DNA from: Clostridiales bacterium
GTDB taxonomy: Bacteria > Bacillota > Clostridia > TANB77 > CAG-508
Direction: 5' to 3'
NCBI GenBank assembly: GCA_019419955.1
Contig: JAHZIB010000001.1
Span: 29,971 to 93,970, forward strand
Length of the DNA stretch: 64,000 bases
The translations under genes were made by a program, and so were the position numbers. The notes below the pieces were generated by a model that saw nothing but the letters and a program-made list of their open reading frames with translations, was not told where the DNA came from and made no database searches. Below are positions 18,903-28,953 of this stretch, piece after piece (position 1 is the first letter of the stretch; each line of letters starts with the position of its first letter).

Positions 18903-19760
18903 TTATTTTTCTATGTATCCCTCTAGACCTTTAGCTGCTTTAATCACATTTTTCATAAGCATTGCAATCGTCATAGGACCAACTCCACCTGGTACAGGCG
19001 TGATATAAGATGCTATTTTAGAAACATTTTCAAAATCTACATCTCCAATAATCTTTCCTTCATCATTTCTATTTATTCCTACATCTATTACAACTGCTCC
19101 TGATTTTACCATATCTTCCGTTACAAACTTTGGTTTACCTAAAGCAGCAATTAAAATATCTGCCCCTTTGGTTATTTCTTCTATATCTTTTGTTTTAGAA
19201 TGACATACTGTAACAGTAGCATTCTTATTTAATAAGCATTGTATTAAAGGTTTTCCAACGATATTACTTCTTCCAATAATAACTGCTCTCTTACCTTCTA
19301 TTGAAATGTTATACTCCTCTAACATTCTCATTACACCATTCGGCGTACAAGAAATAAATGTATCTTCACATAATGAAAGTTTGCCAACATTTATAGGGTT
19401 AAAGCCATCTACATCTTTTCTATAGTCTATTAGATTAAATGCTTCCCTTATATCTAAGTGTTGAGGTATTGGGCTTTGCAACAAAATTCCATGAATATCT
19501 TTTCTTTCATTTAGCTGTTGTATTAATTGAAGTAGTTCTTCTTGGGTTATATCATCCCCCTTCAAGAACTCCTCAAATTCTATTCCAACCTCATTACATG
19601 CTTTACTCTTATTTCTTACATAAACACTAGAAGCCTTATCATTACCAACAACTATAACTGCAAGTTTTGGTTTAATCCCTTGCTCTTTTAATATATCAAC
19701 TTCCTTTTTTAAATTTGCTCTAACCTTTTTTGCAAGCTCTTTTCCATCTATAATTTCCAT
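18903..19760 (-). CDS. folD: Bifunctional methylenetetrahydrofolate dehydrogenase/cyclohydrolase FolD
   Basis: 285 aa, FolD signature throughout (VGNDKASSVYVRNK, GINRNDEGKI..GDVD, PVPGGVGPMT). Confidence 0.95.
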   Translation of the reverse strand: MEIIDGKELAKKVRANLKKEVDILKEQGIKPKLAVIVVGNDKASSVYVRNKSKACNEVGIEFEEFLKGDDITQEELLQLIQQLNERKDIHGILLQSPIPQHLDIREAFNLIDYRKDVDGFNPINVGKLSLCEDTFISCTPNGVMRMLEEYNISIEGKRAVIIGRSNIVGKPLIQCLLNKNATVTVCHSKTKDIEEITKGADILIAALGKPKFVTEDMVKSGAVVIDVGINRNDEGKIIGDVDFENVSKIASYITPVPGGVGPMTIAMLMKNVIKAAKGLEGYIEK

Positions 19761-19842
19761 CTTTCTTTGTATGATAATTTTAATTTCTTAAATAATCATA
19801 CTCTCCCTTCTTCAAAATTTTATACCATCTGTTTTCTTTACT

Positions 19843-20709
19843 TCAAAAGTACTTCGTTATTTCAACAACCAAATTTCCTTTTTTAGTAGTATTAAGCACT
19901 TCTCCTACTTTAAATCTCCCTTTTCCTCTAACAGTAATAAGATCATCTTTTTTCACTTCTTTTGAGCCTTTTTTAAAAACTTCATGGTTCACAAAGACTC
20001 TTTCCTCCTTGATAATTTGCAAAGCTTTTGCTCTTGAAGTTCTTAGAGTTTCAGAAAGTATGCTATCTAATCTCATTGAAGGAACAATAATATTAAAGAC
20101 TTTTGTTTTCGGTTCTTCAACATTTAATTCTTTTAGTGTAATCAACTTAAACTCAGTCTTATTAAATCTTTTTAGTTGCTTAAGTCCATCAATTACATAT
20201 TTTTCCGCTTCTTTTAGTACAATAATATCTGCTCCATCCTTACATGTTAAAATGTCTCCAATTTTTTCACGCTTGATTCCAATTTTTATAATCGCTCCCA
20301 AATAATCTCTATGGAAATATATTCCTTTAAGCTCATTTGGAAGTATTATTCTAATAACTCCAAAAATTGTATCAAGAGAAAATTGATTGTTCTTAAACAA
20401 ATCTTCTAACTTTTTTGGATATACTGCTAAAACTGTTCTTTCTGCATTTTCATACCCACCACTAGCAATATAATTATCTATTTTCAATTCTTTTATAGTT
20501 TTTTCCATCAATTGTCTTTGTGAAAGATTTAAAAAATCAGTATATTCTATTGAATTTCTTTTATTGCTTTGTTCAATTTTGTCTAATAATCTAGATACTA
20601 AAATTCTGTCTTCGTCATTAGCAGTTTCACTTAATATTCTCTGTTTATCCACTATTTTCCTACCTTCTAACATAAGTAATATATTCATAGTCATATGGGT
20701 TTTTTTCAT
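19843..20709 (-). CDS. YlmH-like RNA-binding protein with S4 domain
   Basis: C-terminal S4 domain (RLDSILSETLRTSRAKALQIIKEERVFVN). Start may be an internal Met to avoid a 50-nt overlap with dfrA. Confidence 0.7.
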   Translation of the reverse strand: MKKTHMTMNILLMLEGRKIVDKQRILSETANDEDRILVSRLLDKIEQSNKRNSIEYTDFLNLSQRQLMEKTIKELKIDNYIASGGYENAERTVLAVYPKKLEDLFKNNQFSLDTIFGVIRIILPNELKGIYFHRDYLGAIIKIGIKREKIGDILTCKDGADIIVLKEAEKYVIDGLKQLKRFNKTEFKLITLKELNVEEPKTKVFNIIVPSMRLDSILSETLRTSRAKALQIIKEERVFVNHEVFKKGSKEVKKDDLITVRGKGRFKVGEVLNTTKKGNLVVEITKYF

Positions 20710-21148
20710 TCTTAAGTCCTTGTTTTCTTTCTACTTCTTTCCATTCAGTCTCACTTAACTTTGGAAAATAGGCATCCCCATCAAACACTTTATGAATTTT
20801 AGTCATATAGACTTTATCTGCTCTTTTTATAAGTTGATTGTAAATAATTGCTCCACCAATTATAAAATTTTCCTCAGTTTCATCTATATAACTATCTAAT
20901 TCATTTATATCATTAACAATATCTACATTTTCATTATTAACGACATATTCTGAATCTCTAGTTAAAATAATATGTCTTCTATCAGGCAGCACTTTTCCTA
21001 TTGACTCAAATGTTTTTCTTCCCATAATTATTGTGTGACCAGTTGTAAGTTCTTTAAATCTTTTCATATCTTCTGGTATATGCCATAAAAGTTTGTTATT
21101 CTTCCCTATAACATTATTTTCTGAAATTGCTACTACAATACTTAACAT
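20660..21148 (-). CDS. folA: Dihydrofolate reductase
   Basis: MLSIVVAISENNVIGKNNKLLWHIPEDMKRFKELTTGHTIIMGRKT. Confidence 0.95.
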   Translation of the reverse strand: MLSIVVAISENNVIGKNNKLLWHIPEDMKRFKELTTGHTIIMGRKTFESIGKVLPDRRHIILTRDSEYVVNNENVDIVNDINELDSYIDETEENFIIGGAIIYNQLIKRADKVYMTKIHKVFDGDAYFPKLSETEWKEVERKQGLKNEKNPYDYEYITYVRR

Positions 21149-21178
21149 TGTATTTCCTCCAATTATATATTTTTTTAA

Positions 21179-22051
21179 CTATATTGCCACTGGTATTTTT
21201 CCTATATTAATCTCTTTATTATAGTCATAACCTTGAATCTCAAAGTCTTCCACTTTAAATTCATAGAAATTATTCGTATTGTTATTAATCACAAGTTTTG
21301 GGCAAACATCCATTGGTTTTGCATCAATAAGTTGCTTTATTATTGGAATATGTCGGTCATAAATATGGCAATCTCCAATATTATGAGTTAATGTGCCAAC
21401 CTCTAATCCTGTAACTTGTGCAAACATGCAAAGCAAAGCCGAATATTGCATTGTATTCCATCCATTTGCAGCAAGCATATCTTGTGAACGCTGGTTTAAA
21501 ATTAAGTGTAATTTTCCTTCCTTAACAAGCCATTGCGTTCCATAAGCACAAGGTTCTAAATTCATATCTTTTAAATCTTCAAAATTAAATATATTAGTCA
21601 TAATCCTACGACTTGATGGGTCGTTTCTTAATAAATATAGTACATAATCTACTTGATCCATTTCTTTAGTTCCAGCTTTGGTTTTAAATTCATACTTTTT
21701 TCCCAATTGATAACCATAAGCCTTACCAATAGTACCGTTTTCATCCACCCATTGATCCCAAATATGAGAATTCAAATCTGCAACCTTATTAGACTTCTTC
21801 TGCCATATCCATAAAATTTCATCAATTGCTCTCATAACAGTTTTACTATTATTTCTTAGTGTTATCATAGGAAATTCCTTACCAACATTATATACATTAC
21901 TAACACCAACAATTGAAACGTAATTGGCCTCTGTCCCATCCTGCCATCTAGTTCTAACATTTGTACCTTCTGAAGAAAAACCTTCGTTTATAATTTTTTT
22001 ACATGTATCAATAAAATTTTTATCTGCCTCTGTCATTTTCATTACTCCCAT
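21179..22051 (-). CDS. thyA: Thymidylate synthase ThyA (long form)
   Basis: Thymidylate synthase motifs, including LEPCAYGTQW (active-site Cys). Confidence 0.9.
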   Translation of the reverse strand: MGVMKMTEADKNFIDTCKKIINEGFSSEGTNVRTRWQDGTEANYVSIVGVSNVYNVGKEFPMITLRNNSKTVMRAIDEILWIWQKKSNKVADLNSHIWDQWVDENGTIGKAYGYQLGKKYEFKTKAGTKEMDQVDYVLYLLRNDPSSRRIMTNIFNFEDLKDMNLEPCAYGTQWLVKEGKLHLILNQRSQDMLAANGWNTMQYSALLCMFAQVTGLEVGTLTHNIGDCHIYDRHIPIIKQLIDAKPMDVCPKLVINNNTNNFYEFKVEDFEIQGYDYNKEINIGKIPVAI

Positions 22052-22140
22052 CCATTATTATTGTTTATCCTTCAGTTTTTGAATATAATTAGTTCACTCA
22101 TTTTCCTAACAGTTCAATAATAATAACATTTATAGACTTA

Positions 22141-24213
22141 TTAATCCTCTGTCTTCAATCTCAAATATCCAAGCTCATTCCAAATGTTATACGCTAAGTT
22201 TAGCCTAAATAGCACTTTTGGCTTAGCACCAGCCCTATTTTTATCAACAACGCACGCATAATATCTTACATCTGGATTCTTAAACTTCTCTAATTCGAAA
22301 AACTTTGTATCAACCTCATTTAAAGAATATTCATACTTATTTAAGTCTTCTCTCATAATTTGTTTAATCAAACACAAAGTATCTAAAACCTCTTTAACTG
22401 TTCTACTAACAGCCAAGTCATTTATTGTTAAATTTATCGGAAGTGTCGAACTCTCCGTAAGTTGTAATGTAGAACAAATAAACATATTAAAATTTTGTGC
22501 CAAATTAGAAAGTATTGTTGCAGTTCTTTTAATTTCCTCTCCATTTCCAATATTAGCAGTATCAGTTTTTAAGGTATCATAAAAAACATACTCAATCTTT
22601 TCTTTGTAGTAATAATTCATAATAACCTTTTTTAACTCCTCATTTGTGTGGTCTGTTATATTTATGAAATAGATTGAATTATTAATTTGGTTATTTACCC
22701 AATCTGTAACAGCAATTGTCTTATTGAACTCTGAGGAAACCTTTTTTAGTCTTTCCACAAATTCTTGTCTAGTTTCACTTTCATTTTGTAAAACAAATCC
22801 TTCTTCATCAACTTTGACCTTTGTATCTTTATCTGGTCTAAACTTAAACTCCAATAGTTCCCCTTCGGTTTTAGAAAGCTTTTGCCCATGAAGTCCTTGG
22901 ATTTCAGGATTGTTTATAACCGTAGTAATTAAACAAAGTTTCATTTTTTCTTCAGACATTTCATTCGAAATAACTAGAACTTTCTTTTTATGTATAAACG
23001 CAGTATATGAGGCAATATTAATTGTAAACCTACTTTTTCCTGAGTTTGAAGGCATTGCAAAAGCCATTGTTTCACCTTTTCTTATACCTTTAAAAACGCT
23101 AGAAAGAATTGGCAAAGGTAAAGAAAGTCCATTTGTTAAATTATTTTCGCCTCTTTCTAAGAAATCAGTCAGTCCTTTGCTAAGTACAGCTTGTTTAAAT
23201 TTTTGTATTTCACTAACTTGTACAACTGCAGCTTTTACTTCATCCGCAGACATCTTATCATATAGTTCATAATTTCTAATATTCACAATTTGATCTTGTA
23301 TTTCTTTTCTAGGCTCCTCCAAATAACTCTTCCTTAAAACGCAAAGTTTTCTAAGATTATTATACACTCTCTCAGGATTATACTCTTTCATCCCAATTTC
23401 AAATTTCAACATCTGCTTTTGCTTATATGTTTCATTATTATCTACTGAAAAGTTAAAGCCTTTTTTTGCTATCTCTGGTGTGTAATTTCCACCCTCTGTA
23501 AATAAAATACTCTTATAAATATTTAACATGCTCTGGTCATCAAAATAGCATTCATTAAAAAGAATATAATATTTGACTATAAGCTTTGGATTATTTAAAA
23601 GCAAACCAACATAAGCTTTCTCTAATTTTTCATCTCTCAGCTTTTCTGGATATTGGGATTCTACCTTTTTAACTTCCTCTTTATATTTAGGTTTTATATC
23701 TCCATCTTCAAAAAAGTCATTCTTTTCCCCATTCTCATCGTCAAAGTCTTCCTCATAATAATTTTCAGTTTCAATGCCTTCATCTTCCTCATCATCCTGT
23801 TTGCTATTGTCATTACCTTCGTAACTACTATCTTCTTCTTCCAACTCATAATGCTCATTTGTTTCATTATCATATAAAGAATTATCATTCAAATCATTAT
23901 TTTTAGCTTCTGAAGAATCCTCATCTTCTTTCGTTTCCTCTGGTATAACTACTTTTTTTATTTTCTTTCTAGGCTTTTCATTCTCACTTTTTTCTCCTTT
24001 AGCGTTATTAGTATTTTTATTACTTTTTGTTTTTTTAGATACTGTAGAAACTGTGCTTTCAGAAGAATTTAATTTCCTAATTCTTTCAAGGGATTCACTT
24101 AAATTTCCAGAATCTATTAATTCTCTTATTGCCTTTATCTCTTCTTTATCTTTTCCTGCCTTCTCTAATGCATCTAAAATATTATATAATTTCTCCACAT
24201 TACTATTTGGCAT
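22141..24213 (-). CDS. DnaB-family replicative helicase paralog with a roughly 190-aa acidic N-terminal extension
   Basis: DnaB N-domain-like EKAYVGLLLNNP. Linker, then GLSLPLPILSSVFKGIRKGETMAFAMPSNSGKSRFTINIA (Walker A, H1) and VISNEMSEEKM (H1a). Residues about 60-190 are about 50% D/E. Confidence 0.8.
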   Translation of the reverse strand: MPNSNVEKLYNILDALEKAGKDKEEIKAIRELIDSGNLSESLERIRKLNSSESTVSTVSKKTKSNKNTNNAKGEKSENEKPRKKIKKVVIPEETKEDEDSSEAKNNDLNDNSLYDNETNEHYELEEEDSSYEGNDNSKQDDEEDEGIETENYYEEDFDDENGEKNDFFEDGDIKPKYKEEVKKVESQYPEKLRDEKLEKAYVGLLLNNPKLIVKYYILFNECYFDDQSMLNIYKSILFTEGGNYTPEIAKKGFNFSVDNNETYKQKQMLKFEIGMKEYNPERVYNNLRKLCVLRKSYLEEPRKEIQDQIVNIRNYELYDKMSADEVKAAVVQVSEIQKFKQAVLSKGLTDFLERGENNLTNGLSLPLPILSSVFKGIRKGETMAFAMPSNSGKSRFTINIASYTAFIHKKKVLVISNEMSEEKMKLCLITTVINNPEIQGLHGQKLSKTEGELLEFKFRPDKDTKVKVDEEGFVLQNESETRQEFVERLKKVSSEFNKTIAVTDWVNNQINNSIYFINITDHTNEELKKVIMNYYYKEKIEYVFYDTLKTDTANIGNGEEIKRTATILSNLAQNFNMFICSTLQLTESSTLPINLTINDLAVSRTVKEVLDTLCLIKQIMREDLNKYEYSLNEVDTKFFELEKFKNPDVRYYACVVDKNRAGAKPKVLFRLNLAYNIWNELGYLRLKTED

Positions 24214-24444
24214 TCTTTCGTTCCCCCCATTCTACTTTTCAAATTCTATCATAATTAGACATTTTTTACAATAAAAATTAGAATTTTTTTACTTCTCATC
24301 TTACATGATGATGGTTTTAAAAAACATTTTGCCGAAAGCCATATGTTTCTAGTCAATATTCTTGATGGATTAAAAATTATATAATATTTAATATTTTTAC
24401 TAATACCAAGCAAGATATATGTATATTAACCGTTAAAAACTTCT

Positions 24445-26073
24445 CTACGCGCCTCTCCTAAGCTCTCTTGCATGTGCAATTGATATATCAGTGATATCTC
24501 CAGAAGAAATCCTTGCTATTTCCATTACTGTTTCTTCATCAGACAACTTCTTAATATCTGTATACGTTTTATCTTTTATAATTTCCTTTTTAATAAAATA
24601 ATTATATTCTCCTTTTGCAGCAATTGAAGCAGAGTGGGTAACTACCATTACTTGATGATTTTTTGAAATTGTTTTCAGTTTTTCTCCAACTGCTCTTGCT
24701 GCTTTTCCACTAATCCCAGTGTCTATCTCATCAAACACCAAAGTGAGCACTTTGTCTACATCTGCCAAAACAGTTTTTATTGCGAGCATTATTCTTGACA
24801 TTTCTCCTCCTGAAGCAATTTTGGAAAGTTCCTTTTCTTCCTCTCCTCTATTAGTGCAAATCATAAACTCAACCTTATCTAGACCATTTGAATTAAATTT
24901 ATCACTTTGCTCTAGCTCTACATTTACTCTAAAAACCGCATTTCCCATTTCCAGGTCTTGTAGTTGACCATTAATTTTTTGTGATATTTCCTTTGCATAT
25001 TCTTTTCTTAATGCATTCATTTTTTCACATATGTCAACCATTTTCTTTTTTATATTTCCTCTTTCTAGCTTTAATTTATTATTTATTTCATCTAAATTTT
25101 CAATTTCCGAAATTTCCTGTTCTAGCTTTTTTTCATATTCCAAAATTTCTTCAATACTATTACCATATTTTCTTTTCAGAGAAAATATTTCATCCAATCT
25201 TACTTCAACATTATTTCTTGCCTGTTCATCAAAATATATATCCTCTCTCATTACAGAAATATCTCTTGCAAGCTCTTGGATTTCGTAATATACATTTTTA
25301 AGTTCTGAGAGTTTCTTCTGATAAATTTCTCCACAGTTTAAAATTTTCTCTAATGCTCTAATAGAATTAGAAACGCTTTCAATTGCCTGATTGTTAAGGC
25401 TATTATCTACTACCTCCAAGTTTTCCTGCAATTTCTCGGAATTTTTCATAATATCATGTTCTTCTTGAAGTTTAAAATCTTCTCCTACTTTCAATTTTGC
25501 ATTTTCTATCTCTTTTAATTGGTAATTTAATAAATCCAACCTTCTCTCCTTTTCTTTGTCATCCCCATAATTCTTATCAAGTTCCGTACCTATTTCATTA
25601 TATCTTTTATACAATTTGCTATACTCATCCTTTAGCAGTAGAATTTTCTCACCTATAAAGTTATCTAAATAGTTTATATGTTTAGTTGTATTTAACAAAT
25701 TCTGATTATCTTGTTGACCATGAATATTTATATTCTCTGCCATAAAATCCTTAAGTTCATTTACAGTAACAAGTCTTCCATTAATTTTGCAAGAATTTCT
25801 ACCATTTGAATATACTTCCCTTGATACTATAATATTTCCATCAATAGCCTCAGGACTTTCTGGACAAAAAATACTAGCCTCAACAAAAGAATATTTCTCA
25901 CCATTTCTAATCATATCTTTTGAAAATCTGCCTCCTGCAATAATACCCAAAGCTCCTATAATTAACGTTTTTCCTGCACCAGTCTCACCTGTTAAAACAT
26001 TAAAACCTTCATTAAAATCGATTACCAAATCTTCAATTATTCCTATATTTTTAATATGTAATGTAGATATCAT
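24445..26073 (-). CDS. recN: DNA repair protein RecN
   Basis: MISTLHIKNIGIIE..LTGETGAGKT N-terminus. Long coiled coil. C-terminal ABC signature and Walker B (KVLTLVFDEIDTG..GKAARAVG). GGGAGG RBS. Confidence 0.95.
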   Translation of the reverse strand: MISTLHIKNIGIIEDLVIDFNEGFNVLTGETGAGKTLIIGALGIIAGGRFSKDMIRNGEKYSFVEASIFCPESPEAIDGNIIVSREVYSNGRNSCKINGRLVTVNELKDFMAENINIHGQQDNQNLLNTTKHINYLDNFIGEKILLLKDEYSKLYKRYNEIGTELDKNYGDDKEKERRLDLLNYQLKEIENAKLKVGEDFKLQEEHDIMKNSEKLQENLEVVDNSLNNQAIESVSNSIRALEKILNCGEIYQKKLSELKNVYYEIQELARDISVMREDIYFDEQARNNVEVRLDEIFSLKRKYGNSIEEILEYEKKLEQEISEIENLDEINNKLKLERGNIKKKMVDICEKMNALRKEYAKEISQKINGQLQDLEMGNAVFRVNVELEQSDKFNSNGLDKVEFMICTNRGEEEKELSKIASGGEMSRIMLAIKTVLADVDKVLTLVFDEIDTGISGKAARAVGEKLKTISKNHQVMVVTHSASIAAKGEYNYFIKKEIIKDKTYTDIKKLSDEETVMEIARISSGDITDISIAHARELRRGA

Positions 26074-26221
26074 ATAAACCTCCCAAAAAAATTTCAAAGT
26101 GTTTTATATTGTTGCATTCTTATTTATCAACTAATTTACTCTCAATTTAAGCAAATTCATTTCCAAAATATTGTTCGCTTAAATTATACGTTCATTTGTT
26201 CGTTTTGTCAAGTAGAAAAAT

Positions 26222-26258
26222 AAAAAAACACCATGTTTTTCAATTGGTGTTTTTTTAT
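26222..26258. terminator. Bidirectional intrinsic terminator
   Basis: aacacca/tggtgtt stem with A7 upstream and T7 downstream. Confidence 0.7.
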
Positions 26259-26280
26259 TGCATAAGAATTTTTCGGAGCA

Positions 26281-26365
26281 ACCAGATTAGTTTTCCTTGG
26301 GCTATGCATATTCGCAACGAAAAATGCACATGCTTGCTTTCGCTAATTCGCAATTTTCTTCTTTT
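26281..26365. repeat. Intergenic repeat family, copy C
   Basis: Shares a core (ttccttRggctRtgcatattcgc..cgaaaaatgcacatg..cttgctttcgctaa..caattttctt) with 59516-59615 and 59660-59770. Confidence 0.7.
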
Positions 26366-28701
26366 CACATATCATATTCATAAATTACAATTTCCTTTGT
26401 ACCAAAGTCAAACTCATCAATCTTATAATTAATATAAAAACTTTCTTCTTTGCTAAATTTTAAATTTAGCTTATCAGCATCAATTAAAACTTCTGTGGAC
26501 AAATTCATTCCTAAAGGTAATGTTTTATTAAAATTATCATAAAATATAATATTCGAATAAAACACAAGTGGTGCATTTTCTTTTATATTAATTTTGCAAA
26601 GAGATATTTTGCTCTTTTTGCTTAAAAGTTCGTGCTCAAATGCATCCCTAGGATTAATACTTAGTATATTAAGTCCTTTAAGAGACTTTTTTGCTCCCAT
26701 ACAATAAGCAGATATGTTATAAGGAGACTGAATCTTATTAAGTGCTTCCCTAATTAATAATAAGTAACTCTCTAAATTCTCTGTATAAACCTTCAAGTCT
26801 GTATCTAGATTGATATTCAAAACCTTGTATTTATCCTTTTCGATTTCTCTATGTTTTACATTATTTATTGATTTAATTTTTGTCTTGTCATCTATTAACC
26901 CACCAAATATATTAAAATCCTTACTATTAATTATTTCTATATTGTTTTCGTATTCCCTTTTTAAATTCGTTAAATCTCTGCTTAATGGATTAACCTTTTT
27001 AGTTTTTGCTTTCTCCTTCTTTACTTCTTCCTCGTCCTTTTCTATATAAATCTCAACAGCGTTGTCTTTATCCTTTTCTAATTCCTTAAATGAGTCTGGA
27101 ACTTGTTTTATCGCAAATATAGCATCAGTTTCATTTTTTGATAGTTTTCTTCTCTGCACTTCATCTACAATCTGACCTAAGTCTTCTAAATCTGTTTCAT
27201 AGTCAAAATATTTTGCCATTCTGGTCTTTTCTTTTTTTTCTCTTTCCTCGCCTTCATTCAAGTTTTGAACTTCATCCTTACTTGTAAATTTCCAAAATTC
27301 AAAAATACTTTTTTTATGTTTATCAATTTCATTAATGTATAATTCTGCATTATCAATTTTCTTAGACAAAATATCTTTTTTCGTTTCGATTGCACTTATA
27401 TCTAGATTTAGATTAGTATTCTCTTTCACGACCTCTTCAAGCTTGGTACAAATACTTATTAAATCTTCAATTGTATACTGCTGTTTCAAAATATATAATT
27501 CTTCTAATGCTTCGTCCTTTTTTTCTTCTTCTCGTTTTTCTTTAATTATTGGCTTTTTTTCTTGCCTTACTTCTTTTTTCTTCTTAAAGAAGTATTTCAC
27601 TTTTCCAAAAAAAGTCTTTTTACATTCCAAAAAAGTAGCAATTTGCCTTTGCTTTAATAAGTACTCTTCTGTTAAGTCTTCGATTATCCCCTTAAATTTA
27701 TTTAATTTTCTATTTAATTCTTTTTGCTCTTTTTCTTCATTTTTCAATCTATCAATCTTATCTAAGTATTCAACCCTTATAAATTCCGAAAGAGAATTAT
27801 ACTCTAGCTTTACATTATCTTGCCAAAACTCTAACTGACTATCCTCTCCTATTTTCGTTTCAAATCTATATTCCTCTTTAGCACCTGTTGCTAATATAAA
27901 CATCGCTTTAAGTAGTTTATAAAACTCTCTAGCCTCTTTTTTACTATATAAACTTATTGCATATGTACTTTTAATCTTATCATATACGCTAGTTATCCCA
28001 ACAATCTTTATAAACATATTTTCTTCTTTATCATAAACCTCATAAACATTTGGCCATTCCTTTGTAAAAAACCATAAATAGTTTTCTATGTCCTCAATTT
28101 CTGATTTAGTCAAAAATGACCCTGAATACTCAAGATGGCTTACTGGTGCAAAAATAAACCTAGGTTTTCTTGCTCTCGAATTTGCAATTTTTTCTTTTAA
28201 CAAATATAGTAAGGCATTATTGTCCTGTTCTTTTACAGGCACTAGCATAAAATATTTCTTTGCATAATCAGAATAGTATATCTGCCATATATAATTATTA
28301 GGATATTTTACCTCATAAGGTATTTTATCATTCAATCCCTCTTGCTCTTTTGTTATCTCTTCTACTCTTTTTATATCTAAATTTGCAATTATCTTCATGA
28401 AATTTGCAAAATTTTCTATATTTTCTTCTTTTTTTGAATTTAAGCATGCACATAGCGGAGTAGATAATTTATATTTTTCTTTCAAGTCCGTTAACCTATC
28501 TGTAGGTGTAATTAGCAATTCTATGTTTTTAATATTTATATATTTATATACTTTATATATTGTATCATCATATGCTTTAGAAGGTCTAAAATTCAAATTT
28601 TCACATTCTTTGAGAAATGTAGGCAATTTATTCAAATTTAGACCAATATATTCTAAGTTTTTTTCAATTGTTTTTTCACTTTCTTTAGTTGCTTTAGGCA
28701 T
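26365..28701 (-). CDS. Hypothetical 778-aa protein: N-terminal globular region, long K/E-rich coiled coil, C-terminal globular region
   Basis: No recognisable catalytic motifs or TM segments. About 250 central residues are heptad-like and K/E-rich. Confidence 0.7.
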   Translation of the reverse strand: MPKATKESEKTIEKNLEYIGLNLNKLPTFLKECENLNFRPSKAYDDTIYKVYKYINIKNIELLITPTDRLTDLKEKYKLSTPLCACLNSKKEENIENFANFMKIIANLDIKRVEEITKEQEGLNDKIPYEVKYPNNYIWQIYYSDYAKKYFMLVPVKEQDNNALLYLLKEKIANSRARKPRFIFAPVSHLEYSGSFLTKSEIEDIENYLWFFTKEWPNVYEVYDKEENMFIKIVGITSVYDKIKSTYAISLYSKKEAREFYKLLKAMFILATGAKEEYRFETKIGEDSQLEFWQDNVKLEYNSLSEFIRVEYLDKIDRLKNEEKEQKELNRKLNKFKGIIEDLTEEYLLKQRQIATFLECKKTFFGKVKYFFKKKKEVRQEKKPIIKEKREEEKKDEALEELYILKQQYTIEDLISICTKLEEVVKENTNLNLDISAIETKKDILSKKIDNAELYINEIDKHKKSIFEFWKFTSKDEVQNLNEGEEREKKEKTRMAKYFDYETDLEDLGQIVDEVQRRKLSKNETDAIFAIKQVPDSFKELEKDKDNAVEIYIEKDEEEVKKEKAKTKKVNPLSRDLTNLKREYENNIEIINSKDFNIFGGLIDDKTKIKSINNVKHREIEKDKYKVLNINLDTDLKVYTENLESYLLLIREALNKIQSPYNISAYCMGAKKSLKGLNILSINPRDAFEHELLSKKSKISLCKINIKENAPLVFYSNIIFYDNFNKTLPLGMNLSTEVLIDADKLNLKFSKEESFYINYKIDEFDFGTKEIVIYEYDM

Positions 28702-28910
28702 ACTTTCTCAGTCTCTCCTTTCATGTTTTTTTGGGTTGAATCAAGAAGCATCTTTTTGCTTCAACGATTTGTATTATATCACAAAAAAATGTTTTATTCT
28801 ATATGTTTATATAATATTTATAAAGTTAAAGAAATTTCTATTTTCTTTAACTAAATGATATGTGTCACACGTGGAGCTACTTATAGCTAATAATCTGCGT
28901 ATTGTAATCC

Positions 28911-28946
28911 AAAACAATCGCCCAGAGAAATATCTCTAGGCGATTG
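28911..28946 (-). terminator. Intrinsic terminator of the RelA/SpoT-domain gene
   Basis: GC-rich hairpin caatcgcc-[agag..ctct]-ggcgattg followed by TTTT on the minus strand. Confidence 0.6.
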
Positions 28947-28953
28947 CATGCAA

